The notes under the pieces: model-generated | What the model was told of the DNA's origin: nothing | What the model saw: the letters and a program-made list of their open reading frames with translations, nothing else | Database searches by the model: none | Source of the DNA: Obrimoposthia wandeli | Taxonomy: Eukaryota | Assembly: GCA_977020255.1 (NCBI GenBank) | Contig: CDROCS010000177.1 | Location: forward strand, 62,001 to 126,000 | DNA length: 64,000 bases | Direction of reading: 5' to 3' | Made by a program: the position numbers and the translations under genes | In this document: in pieces, positions 13,565 through 25,059 of the stretch | Layout of the letters: each line of letters opens with the position of its first letter | Position numbering within the stretch: the stretch's first letter is position 1

Positions 13565-15535
13565 TGTTAGATTTAGGAATTGAAAAATTAAAATAATTAG
13601 TTGAATTTATACTAAAATAAAAATCCTTGAAAGCAAGGTTGAAAATTAAATAAAATATTAATTTTAAAATCGAGTTAAATTATTAGGACTAAATTAGGAA
13701 TAAAAATATTAAGAGGACCACGAAGGTCGTGTATGATGTGTTGTGTATATAAGTTAATTGGGAATTAAATAAAAGTGAAAAAAGACAAATAAGCAAATCT
13801 AATTAAGAAAAAGGAAAAGAAGATTGACAGAAGAAGAAATTCGCAACCGTCAGCAAAACGTAGGCATATTTAGTACAGTTGATTAATTGACTTATTTTCA
13901 AGAGCCAGGTGATATCCAGCTGAAGAAAGAAGTAGAATATATAAGCCCGATCCAGAAGAAATCGATTGCCAAAGTGATTGGCAACCAGAAGTAGGATATA
14001 TAAGCCAATTTACTTATTAATTCCCGCACAGAAAATCAGACCGTCTGATCTCGTCTATACAGTCTATTAGTCACAAAAACAAGGTGACGACTAAATCAGC
14101 AGCAGAAGGAAGCCTGAGCCAAACTGCTTCACTCTAAATCGCTCTCCCAGCAACATTAGCTGTCTTCACTCTAAATCGCTCTCCCAACAACAGTAGCTTG
14201 TCTTCCAACACAGAGGTGACTACTCAGCCAAACCGAGCCAACCGATCCCGAGAGACAATAGCGAGAATCAATTCTCTACTCAGTCAAATCAAGCCAGCAA
14301 TATTCGTCAGATTGTCAGCGACTCTCTCCAGCCTAAAGTATCCCCAGCAATATTCGTTTGATTGCCAGCGACTCTCTTCAGCCTAAATTAAAGGTATCAA
14401 AACTTGTGAAATTTTGATTAAGAAAACGTGAAATTTGAATTACTACATTTTAATATATTCTGATTTAAGAGAACGTGAAATTTGAATTACTACATTTTAA
14501 TACATTTTGATTTAAGAGAACGTGAAATTTGAATTACTACATTTTAATACATTTTGATTTAAGAAGAACGTGAAATTTGAATTACTACATTTTAATATAT
14601 TTTGATTTAAGAGAACGTGAAATTTGAATTACTACATTTTACTATATTCTGATTTAAGAGAACGTGAAATTTGAATTACTACATTTTAATACATTTTGAT
14701 TTAAGAGAACGTGAAATTTGAATTACTACATTTTAATACATTTTGATTTAAGAGAACGTGAAATTTGAATTACTACATTTTAATACATTTTGATTTAAGA
14801 GAACGTGAAATTTGAATTACTACATTTTAATACATTTTGATTTAAGAGAACGTGAAATTTGAATTACTACATTTTACTATATTCTGATTTAAGAGAACGT
14901 GAAATTTGAATTGCTACATTTTAATACATTTTGATTTAAGAGAATGTGAAATTTGAATTACTACATTTTAATACATTTTGATTTAAGAGAACGTGAAATT
15001 TGAATTACTACATTTAATACATTTTGATTTAAGAGAACGTGAAATTTGAATTACTACACTTTACTATATTTTGATTTAAGAGAACGTGAAATTCGAATTA
15101 TAAACTCGTGAAATTTAAGGAATTTATGGAAGTTTTGCCCTACAATATTTATCGACACAAGAGTTAGAGGAACAACTCTAAAATCTTGACTAACCTTAAC
15201 ATAAAATCGATACGTGGTTCATCCCCACTTGTAGAGACTTACAGAAGTCTTAGGAGTTTTTACCATACTTTTTAGAAAATACGTACATAAACGTATTGTT
15301 GTGTTTTAGTTTAGTGTGTTACCAATAAACGATTTCCTACATTAGAACACGTTATTTTAAAAACCCTTCAGATTTAGAGACGTCAAACCAAACACCTTCA
15401 GATAAGCAATAGAGATAGGCAACCATAACACTAAGTAGGCCACGACCAACTTTAAGACCTGCTTCTATTCGAACTCACGTTGGGGCCCTCCGCACACAAG
15501 AGGATCTATACAAGTCTCGTATAGAAACCCCAACA
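13565..15535. mobile_element. Solo-LTR-like insertion A (TGTTAG...CCCCAACA), 4-bp TSD GTTT, containing a 47-bp tandem array
   Basis: GTTT at 13561-13564 and 15536-15539. The minus-strand gag-like frame is continuous once the insert is removed. Confidence 0.7.
14415..15100. repeat. Tandem array, 47-bp unit TGATTTAAGAGAACGTGAAATTTGAATTACTACATTTTAATACATTT, about 14-15 copies
   Basis: Near-identical head-to-tail units with no unique spacers. Confidence 0.95.
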
Positions 15536-15583
15536 GTTTTGTTTTATCAGTACTTTTGGGTTGATAATATTTTGTAATAGTTG

Positions 15584-16414
15584 TGTTAGTTTTGTTCCAA
15601 ATAAATAAAATTTCAAATCAAATTGTTGAAGTATTGTATTGTTAAATCAAATGACAGCAAAGTATTTTTGAAATATCAGTAAAATTGTTCACTTGTAAAT
15701 AAATTGTAAAATTCTGGTAAATTGTGTCTTGTGAAGTCGTAGAGAATTATGCTGTTATATACATATATAACGGTAGGTAGCTCGGCAGTAGGGAGATATG
15801 GCCAAAGAGGAACAGATTATCGATTATCGTCCACACACACAACCGCCGCCTTTGTGCAGCAAAAGTACATGTAAATTGGACCGGGAAGAGATATGAGAGA
15901 AGGAGACGATAGCTGACAGCGGAAGACAGGTAGTGACCATGAGGAAGAGAATCGCCGGATGTGTGATTTGGCATTGGGAAGACGCACAGTTGCAGAGAAT
16001 TTCCCGTCTGCTACTGATGATCATGATGATGTTGTTTGTCACTGTTGCGTACACACACATGCACAGGGGAGAGTGCATTCAGACACAGGGAGACTGCTGG
16101 TCGAAGATAGAGATGATGTCGATGATGACGCTAGCTGACTGGGATGATGGAGAAGGATGATGCGAAAGGAAGTGGAGGAGGACCAAATACAATTGGGGGG
16201 TCCGGAGAGCTGGACGGAAAATTCAGTGAGATAAAAACATCTCCGCTCTGCCATTCACTTTTTCTGCCGCCTTCCTGATGAGCATGGCAAGGTGAAACGG
16301 GGTTTTTACCCTGTCGGAAGCTGATAAAAACTTACTCACTGATTGAGGGCATTTTAGTAAAATGTCAATTTAAATTGACATAAATTTATTTTTAATTAAT
16401 TTTAAATCCCAACA
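15584..16414 (+). mobile_element. Solo-LTR-like insertion B (TGTTAG...TCCCAACA), 4-bp TSD GTTG, carrying a degenerate hammerhead
   Basis: GTTG at 15580-15583 and 16415-16418. Removing the insert restores the minus-strand frame ...NTQ|LLQNIINPKVLIKQN. Confidence 0.65.
16271..16320 (+). ncRNA. Degenerate type I hammerhead ribozyme
   Basis: CTTC-CTGATGA-GCAT/GGCA/AGGT-GAA-ACGGGG/TTTTTA/CCCTGT-C-GGAAG. The core is intact, stem II is mismatched and stem I is one C short. Confidence 0.7.
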
Positions 16415-17144
16415 GTTGTGTGTTGTTTGTGTTTGTTTTTTTGTTGTTTATGAGTGTAGTGAGTTCTGCTATGAGTGTGTCTAAAATGATGATGTCGTTT
16501 TTATCTCTACTATTTCTTTTAGGATTTTGAAAGTATTTTTGCAAAATTTATGTTTTGGTAGGTTATAATTTTATTCCACGGTACTGTGTGTGAGGTTTAT
16601 CCATTGATTAGGTGTGTTGTTGTGGTCCGTGAAGTATGTTGGAATTGTGATGTGTTGATTGTTGTATGATTTTGTATTGCAGTTTGTATTTGTCCGTGTG
16701 TTTGAAAAAATGGATTGGTGTGTCGGTGTGTTGTTGTTTGATTTTTTTCTATTTGGCATGTTTGTTGAAGAATTGATATTTATGGATTTATATTTAGCCC
16801 TACGAGGCTTGTACGCAAAATAGAGTTTGCAACAACAAAAAGAGTTCGTAGGGAGATTAGTATATTTAGTATTAAAATTAATGTGTGTATGGTGGTGGTT
16901 TTTACAACTCACAAACGATCAAACTGATCTTGGCTTCTAGTTGTTTTTGATAAACTTCCAGAGAAGGCTTATGTTGGGAAAATATATTAAATAATTGTTT
17001 AAAAAAGAAAAATAAAAATATAAAATTTTTAAAAAATAAAAAGGAAAAAGGAAATTAATTAATTGAAAATTAATTGGGAACTTTCCTTAATTAGGGAAAA
17101 GTTCCGATTTTTAAAATTGTGCACTTTGGCATTTAGTATATTCA

Positions 17145-17196
17145 ATCTCCGACGGGAAAAAAGCCCGTTTCGCCCTGCCGGGCTCATCAGGGAGAT
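17145..17196 (-). ncRNA. Type I hammerhead ribozyme, apparently intact
   Basis: The minus strand reads ATCTCC-CTGATGA-GCCC/GGCA/GGGC-GAA-ACGGG/CTTTTTT/CCCGT-C-GGAGAT. All core nucleotides are present, the three stems pair perfectly, and the cleavage triplet is GUC (cut between 17151 and 17150). Confidence 0.93.
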
Positions 17197-18174
17197 GGTT
17201 TGTTATCTCTGACTTCGCGGTGGGTTCCGCGAAGCCAGAGATAACAATAATAAAGCCAGGGAAAAGATTCCCCCTTTCATGTGCCGACGAATATCGTCGA
17301 CATATGATGTTGTTGTGCACAAATGCACAATTCAACACACACACACTCACACAGCAGACATCACTTACTCACTCAACTTTCTTACTCACGCAATCGCTCA
17401 CACAATCCCTTGCTCACTCACTCTCCCTACTCACCTATTCTTTGTGCACATGTGTGTGTAAGTTTTAACTAAAATTTTTCCGCCTGCCCAGAGTTCGACA
17501 GGCGGTGGATTTTCCCGGCTGCACATGTGAGTGTGTGCAGAGCCGGGAAATATCGATACTTCTCCTCTCTGCCCAGATCAATTTTTCAACCGTTGCCTCT
17601 ATATGGCGCACTCTAACTATCTCCCTGAAATTCCTGAGGCGCTCCCTACATCCACCAAGCCATATCCCTGCCTTCTGATTTTCAAATATATAGGCACCAA
17701 ATACCAAAGTCACCGATCCACTTGGGCCAGTGATACAATTTGATTTTGGCTGCTGCCATCGATCAATGTTAGTCACTACATACCTACACAGTAAAATGCA
17801 GTGGCGTTTTGTGCAGTCGTGCGGACGAAGATTCTATTTAGTCTATGGTGCTGCAATTTGACATTTGGGCAGCAGAATAAATAGTTCTACAAAAATATTC
17901 ACACGACACAATTTTGTTATTAACTTGATTGCTTGAATTGTCAGCTAAAAATAGAAATCCAATACAATTTCTTGTTCAAATTATAGATTGATGTTAATCC
18001 TGAAAACCAATTCATTCTATCATATGGAAGCTTTATCTATTACAATTTTATTCATTTAGTTTATTATCTCTACCAAATAAAAAAGAAAGCGAACAAGTTA
18101 ACACAAAAAACAAAAAGCCAGTCGACAAAAAATTGTTACAAATCTGTCAAAACAAATTTTATTAAACACAAAAG

Positions 18175-18482
18175 ATTGAATCGAATTGGAACGATTATTA
18201 TCATAAAACAATTGAATTAAATTGGAACAATTATTGTTATAGAAATTGAATCGAATTGGAACGATTATTATCATAAAACAATTGAATTGAATTGGAACAA
18301 TTATTGTTACAGAAATTGAATCGAATTGGAACGATTATTATCATAAAACAATTGAATCGAATTGGAACAATTATTGTTACAGAGATTGAATCGAATTGGA
18401 ACAATTATTATCATAAAACAATTGAATTGAATTGGAACAATTATTGTTACAGAGATTGAATTGAATTGGAACAATTGTTATT
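18175..18482. repeat. Tandem array, 70-bp unit made of 36+34-bp related halves, about 4.4 copies
   Basis: Unit starts at 18175, 18245, 18315, 18385 and 18455. Confidence 0.92.
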
Positions 18483-18958
18483 TCTTACTAATTTATTGAA
18501 ATCTAAAATAAATATTATTCGTTTGCTCCGGTTTTATTAACACTTACATCTTGAATCCTGCCTGTGGCACTGTTCCTTCAGAAATGGAAGAAACTAGGAT
18601 TCAACTAAACATTACTTAGGTGTGTTCACGCTACAGTCTCAGACTAAGCTCGAGACAAAGTCGTATATTCACTTTTTAAATGCTCTGAAGAGAGAGATTT
18701 AGAGATCTTAAGGCAAAGAAGAACCCCGAAAAGCATTAATGGTGCAGCAGTTTTTATCACTCATTTACTGTGATATTTCATTTTTCAAGAATGTGTTTAT
18801 TTTTGTTGAAGTAATTTTTAAAATAAAACATAGTGTTCAGTTTTTTACTTTCCACCTGTTATAATTATTAATGTTTATGTACAATAAAGCGTATCAACAT
18901 TTTTTAATGCTTAAATTTTTTTTTATTGATTATCTTTTTTATCAAATTTAAATCTGAA

Positions 18959-19978
18959 ATGGGCTGCAAGGGTAGTCGATTTAAATGCAATTATAATAAT
19001 CATAATCTTTTTCCCAAAGATTTTAACGTAAATAGTAAGACGTCTACGTTGAATGGTTCGCTGGAATATTTTAGAATCTATCTGGATGAAATGAAATTTA
19101 ATCTAAATGACTGGAATATGATTCAGTACAAATTTGACAGTGTCAGTCGAAAATCTTCGATAATGAAATTTGTCAATGATGATGATAATAATAATTGTCA
19201 GAGCAATTTGAATAATGAAGGTGAATATGGAATACTAGACGAAAACCCGTATCAAGAAGGAAATGAAGTCGGAGATAACTATGAAGAGGAAGCAGAAGAA
19301 AAGGAGTTTTACTACGACGGTTTTGATCAAATTGATAATGGTCTCAATGAGAAAATTGCCTCTGAATTCCCACTTGGAATGCACATACTAAATGATTTTT
19401 TCAACTATCATTTCTGGGTTCCTGACTGCTTCCAATCACGAGTTGACTTCATCGAAGTCAATCATATTCCGGTGGCCGACATGAATACATTGGCGGAACT
19501 AAAAGAGTATCTGGTGGATCACGGATGGACTAATTCGTCTAAGGATTCTGATCTGGTGAAGGTAGCGGCCAAAGACACAAATAGGATGCGGAAAATAATC
19601 AGTCTGAAATGTAAGTTTGACATTGAACTCAAAGTTTCAGACTGGTTTTGGTCTAACAAAGGAATGAAAGTACGCGGCTATGGAATTATTGGACCCACTT
19701 GGACATCTGTGTTCAGTGCATTTTGTTATTTTCAACAGTCTTCAGGATTCACCAAGTCAATGATCTCGACTGACTTAACCACAGATCAGTTTATAGATAA
19801 AGTTATCGCTTCTAATCGATATTATTGCCCGGAATTTTACAGTATAGACGAATACTGCTTCGGCGAAGAAGAACAGGAGGTCGACTCTGTAAATGCTGAA
19901 CAAGCTAATGATGATGTTGAAGATGAATATCAAGAAAATGAATTCGAAGAAGAAACAGATAATGAAAATGTGTATTGA
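18959..19978 (+). CDS. Intronless ~339-aa acidic protein of unknown family with N-terminal MGCKGS (predicted myristoylation/palmitoylation)
   Basis: A 1020-bp uninterrupted ORF in AT-rich DNA otherwise dense with stops. ATG is at 18959, TGA at 19976-19978, and AATAAA lies about 185 nt downstream. I recognise no domain. Confidence 0.7.
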   Translation: MGCKGSRFKCNYNNHNLFPKDFNVNSKTSTLNGSLEYFRIYLDEMKFNLNDWNMIQYKFDSVSRKSSIMKFVNDDDNNNCQSNLNNEGEYGILDENPYQEGNEVGDNYEEEAEEKEFYYDGFDQIDNGLNEKIASEFPLGMHILNDFFNYHFWVPDCFQSRVDFIEVNHIPVADMNTLAELKEYLVDHGWTNSSKDSDLVKVAAKDTNRMRKIISLKCKFDIELKVSDWFWSNKGMKVRGYGIIGPTWTSVFSAFCYFQQSSGFTKSMISTDLTTDQFIDKVIASNRYYCPEFYSIDEYCFGEEEQEVDSVNAEQANDDVEDEYQENEFEEETDNENVY

Positions 19979-20208
19979 TAAATTTCTATTAATTATTTCT
20001 GATCCATTTACTTATTTTGATTTTTGCTGACAAAAATCATATGAAGTTCATTATTTTTTAGTTGCTCATTTTTATTTATTATACTTTTTGAAGTTGGATT
20101 GAAGTTTTGTTGAATTATTTGGTGCAAAATGAAAGCCTCTATTTATTGATAATATTCAAAAAATAAATAAAGTCCTAATATATAAAAATGGTTTTTATTT
20201 TATATCAC

Positions 20209-23200
20209 TGTTGGGACTAGAGTTGTTTCACTTCTAAAGGAAGCCTCTAGTTAGTGAATTCTTAAAGGTATAGGATATGTATTGGAGGCATATCCTATGT
20301 AATCTCAAAATCTGAAGGTTAGATATGTAGGTTGTGCAGGTATCAGTATGATTAAACAGAAAATATGAAACGGTTAAATGAATTCTGGATATATCAATTT
20401 TTACTTTGTTACGAGTGTCTTAAAAAATACAAAACTAACAATAGTAAAATGTATTTCACAATTCAAGTAAAAGTGTGTCATTTTAAATAATACAAAAATT
20501 CAACATAAAAGTACGTCAATCCAAATAAAAATATAACACTTAAAAAATAATAAATTCTATTTATGTAGACTTTTACAACTGTTACATGTCTAAGTACTTT
20601 TAGGGTACTTATCCAAAAGAGAACTTTTACAGTTCGACTCTAAATTTAAGTTATACAATTAAACTTTAATATTAAAATTTACCTTAAACCTGAGTTTCGG
20701 CTTTTGCTCACCTGTTCCGGAGTTGTTCTCGTGTAAGATTTATATTTCTCGACGACTGCTTCTCTTTGCATTGACAACTGGGCTATTTCTATTACGCTCA
20801 TTTTTATCTCCTTGCTATAGACCATTCCACTATCGTTGTTGCTCTCTTTTTTGGCAATTTTTTCTGTAAATTTTCTTCTCTCGATGACTGGAAAATATCA
20901 TGTTCTGCCTCAGGTGCCTTTAACACAATGTCTCGCTACCCTTCTTCTACAGATATCGGTATGTCTGCAGACTGATAATTACACTGCTTACATCGGGGTT
21001 CCTCAGGTGACTATATTATTTTTGACTTAGAGGTCAATTGCTATTCAGAGCTAATTAAGTATTTTTGACTGGTTTCCTTTTTGTTTTTAAATCATTTCAT
21101 TAATGTAGTTTACCTTAATTTGACCCTAACATGTTCGTGGTCAGAACTATAAATATAGCCAATCTATTTAATTATTTTTAATTAATTGTTCACATTCCGT
21201 ACCTTAACATTACGATCGATTATTATTAAATCATTCTGTGTTAAAATTCAATACAATAGTCTGAAAACTGATTTTTCATATAAATGTAATTTATTTAATT
21301 TAACCTCCCTAAATTTGGTAATATTTAAAATTAATTTTTCTAATAAATTTATTAAATTTAATTAATATTAAATTTAGTAAAATTACGTTACAATAAAAAT
21401 CCTTTTTAATTCTCAAATTAAAAAAAAGATAAGAAAATTAATTTAATAAATTTTAATGTAAAAAATATATACATAATTATGAATTCTAAATAATTCTGAA
21501 AGTTAAATTTCCTTGTATTACATGTACTCGTCTTGTCACCCCGAATATAGGAAGGTATTGGAACTAATTCTATCAAAGGTTTTGATTCAGTTGAAAATAA
21601 TAATCATGTAAATTTTGGTCTGCTATTTTATTGTAATAAAAATATAATAACATAACTTAACAAAATTTATATTTCTTGTTGCTCTTCGTAAATATATTTA
21701 TTTCCATATTTCTATATCGTTAATAAATAAACAAATAGGTACAATGTAAATAACAAGTGGTTGTTATGATAAACTATCAAGTCCCAATTTACCACTTTTT
21801 CCATCTGTTAAGATTAGGAAATTAAAATAAGTTAAAATAATAATTATTTGTGCTAGAATGTTGAAACATAAATTAAAGGTCGAAATAAATTTAAATAATT
21901 TAGGACCTTGAAGAGGTCTTGTGTATTGCGATGTATGTAGGGTGATTTTAATGAGCGGGTCCAATGAAATAAATTACTAGGAAGATCATTAAAAAAAACA
22001 AGAAAGAAAAATCTAATTAAATTGGAGAGATTGCGAGGGGCGCGGAGGTGGCATGGTGAGTTACGAATTAGCAACGACTGAACTTCTGAGAAACAATCTA
22101 GCCGCCACCATTAGCTGAGATCGAGAGCAGAGCAACAAATCTATTAGGGCCTAAAAAGGAATCGAATTCAGCGGCAGATAACTTGACGGAAGAAAAGTAC
22201 CTGCTGAGAAAAGAACCAGCCGGCATCGTTGAGAGGAGTATTCTCGATTCAGCGACGGAGGTGAGTTTGGTTACTAGAATCGTTACTCTAATTTTATAGG
22301 TAATTTAGGGTTATAGATTTTAGTGAGCTGGTTGCTCTAAAAATATGGGCTGATTTTAGAGAGCTGGTGCTCTAAAAACAAGGATTGAGTTTAGAGAGCT
22401 GGTGCTCTAAAAATGTGGGCAAAATATGGGACGTTTTATTTTTATTTGAATCAATAGGTTTTTAAATTCGCTTTTACTTTAAATTCAAAATTCACTTTTT
22501 ACATTGGATTCAAAATTTCGCTTTCAATTTAACCCTATTTTAGAATAAAATCAATTCGCACTTCTTCGTTCAAAATTCACTTTAATACAACAATATTTTA
22601 GAATAAAATCAATTCGCACTTCTTCGTTTAAATTCACTTCAATAAAACACTATTTTAGAATAAATCACCTCACACTTCTTACCTTCCTCCGAATAGGCCT
22701 GCACGTCCGGTATCGATAAGTTTCCTCAACGTCGGCAGACTTCTTCTAATGTCGGCTGATTCCGGCTGCTTTTCCTTCAGTCGGCTACTTAGTCCTTGGT
22801 TCAGGTGCTGTAGTTGCACTGCTCCGAGGTCCTCGAGTCCGTTCGCTGATTAAGAGCAACTCTTTTGGTGCGATTGTTTTATGTGTCCGTTTAATTTCTT
22901 TTGGCAATTCGTAAGTTACAATTTCTTAAATAGTAATCTTACTTCTCCACTGGATACACTCAGGCTTCTCGTCGGATTCTCCTGTTGTCGTTAAGTGCTT
23001 TCTGCACTATATATACTCTTAAGTGCTTCGTTTTCTCTCGATTGAGACAGCAGATGGCCAGTTCTCAGTTGCTGTTTCTGTTATTCAGGCACTTAGAGAT
23101 TTTAATAGCTTCTTCTTTTCACTCAATCTTCTTTTCACTATTTTTATGGGGCATTTTTGTAACATATAAACTTCTTTATATACTTACGCATTGAACATGA

Positions 23201-23356
23201 CCTTCATGGTCCTAATATTTTACCGGTAAATTTTTTTTTAATTTTAATGTCAATTTTATAATTAATTTTATTTCATATTTAACCTTGCTTTCAAGGATTT
23301 TATTTTGATATAAAACAATTAATTATTTAAAAATTATGCAAAACCTAATCCCAACA
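20209..23356. mobile_element. Cluster of further LTR-like repeats of the TGTTRG/CYAACA family (termini at 20209, 21131, 21806, 23356)
   Basis: These share terminal sequences and internal blocks with insert A; for example ATCCTTGAAAGCAAGGTT appears at ~13622 and in reverse complement at ~23280-23300. I could not pair ends by TSD. Confidence 0.5.
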
Positions 23357-23989
23357 AAGCATAGTTTTGGGTATGAAGCCGCATACATAGGAAAGACAAA
23401 ACTACAGTTAAAGAACATGGTCAAGTTTGTAAGAAGTCTTACATATTGATCACTTGATTTTCGTTGAAAATAGTATTAAACCTTTTGCTATTGATAGGTT
23501 TTTAGTAAGTCATAAAACATTTAGGAAGTATTTTGAAAGAACAGCGTAGGATGCTTTGTGCATAAAAGAAAATCCTTCATTAAACATGCAAAATTATTGC
23601 CTAAAACTGCTGAAAATATTTTAAAATGATTGCTAATCTTGACTTTTTTATATAGCATATTTACTGTGACAATGAGAAACGTGTTTTCCATAGATTATTT
23701 ATTTTTAAATTGCGTATTTTTATATTTTTTCTATTTGGCTTAATTTTTAATTTAAAACATTAATATGTTCAGTGCCATTGCAATCACTCCTGATAATTTA
23801 ATTTCAAAACATTAGTTAATTATTTGTTTTTGTGACATTGTGTGCATCTTTGCCAGTGATTGTTTGACTAGCTAATATGAGAATCTGTTGAAATACAATT
23901 TCCCTTTTAGTGTCAAATTGACTGAATCCAAAAACGAGATTTATCCTGTACTTTCTATTGGCTATGGGGTTTAACAATATTTGTACTTT

Positions 23990-24770
23990 TGTTGGGGGTT
24001 AGATTCATTTAATGAAATTAATTTATATCAAAAAAAATGTAGTTGGTTACGTTTATCATTAGCATTCTCTTTTACACTTTAAAAAATATTATATAAGAAA
24101 CATATTTTAAAAACAAAATGGTTAGAAATCTAAAAAATGCCCTATTAATTGAAAAATTAATTCGTGAATCTTCACTAATTAATTGTTTAGAAATTAATTG
24201 CACTTATGCATTTTAGTTTGTCAATCCCCGACGCTCTTCAGGGCGATGGCTAGTGTTTATCTCTAACTTCGCTGTTGACGAACACCTGTGAAGCCAGAGA
24301 TAAAAAATTAGGTTCTAATGTGCAAAAAACATACAGCCATGCACACACATACACATTTTCCAACCCTAATTCACTCACTTACTCACTACTAACTACTCAC
24401 TAATCATTCACACAACTGCTTACACACTAACTCATTGTATGTGTATGTGAAAACGCAAGACATATTTCAATGCCAAGTTTCCTTCTGTTCTCTTCCCAGT
24501 CCATCTCATACACTCTCCTCTCTATATCTCCCCGTATCCCGTGATTTTCCGACCGTCCCTTATAAATATCTTCCTTCTGTTGTGGAATCTGGGAATCGCA
24601 AGCTCGAGCTGGACAGAGGCGAATTGTCGGAAGAATCGAGCAGTAGTAGAAGCGAAGGCCGGACCATCATTTTATGTGTTTGTGTGTGGATGTACCTCTG
24701 TGCAATCTGTACCTCTATATTGAATCTATCAAATATAAAAAACGCAACATAGTGTCTACAACAAGCACAA
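23990..24770 (-). mobile_element. Third copy of the hammerhead-bearing LTR-like family; ribozyme internally deleted (24224-24247)
   Basis: Starts TGTTGGGG at 23990. The minus strand reads ATCGCC-CTGAAGA-GC-GTC-GGGGAT (stems II and III lost). The flanking TTATCTCT..CTTCGC..GAAGCCAGAGATAA hairpin and CA/ACTC-rich tracts are shared with insert C. The right boundary is approximate. Confidence 0.6.
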
Positions 24771-25059
24771 AAAATCATTATTTTACTTTGACGTCAGAAA
24801 CAATTTATCATCAGTAAACAAAATAATTTTATTTCATTTGCTGAAGCTTGAAAATATTTAGGCTTGTATTTGAACTCAATTATTTATTATTAAATCAATT
24901 TTCCCAATTTGAACTCTTTTTATTCTAATTATAAATTCAATAAAGCTTTTTCACTATTTGAATATCGAATAATAAATTTGTAATTATTTGCATTGTTCAA
25001 ATAATTATGAATACTATTTTTCGTAAGAAAATATAGGAGGTTTTGAAGGTATATATTAA

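Larger units (their letters stand above)
16972..18542 (-). mobile_element. Solo-LTR-like insertion C (TGTTGGGA...TTAACA), 4-bp TSD CTTA, carrying an intact hammerhead, several hairpins and a 70-bp array
   Basis: CTTA at 16968-16971 and 18543-18546; TGTT/AACA inverted termini. Confidence 0.6.

Noticed and set aside
14415-15100. CRISPR-like appearance of the 47-bp array
   Set aside because: Units are contiguous with no unique spacers, there are no cas genes, and the context is eukaryotic.
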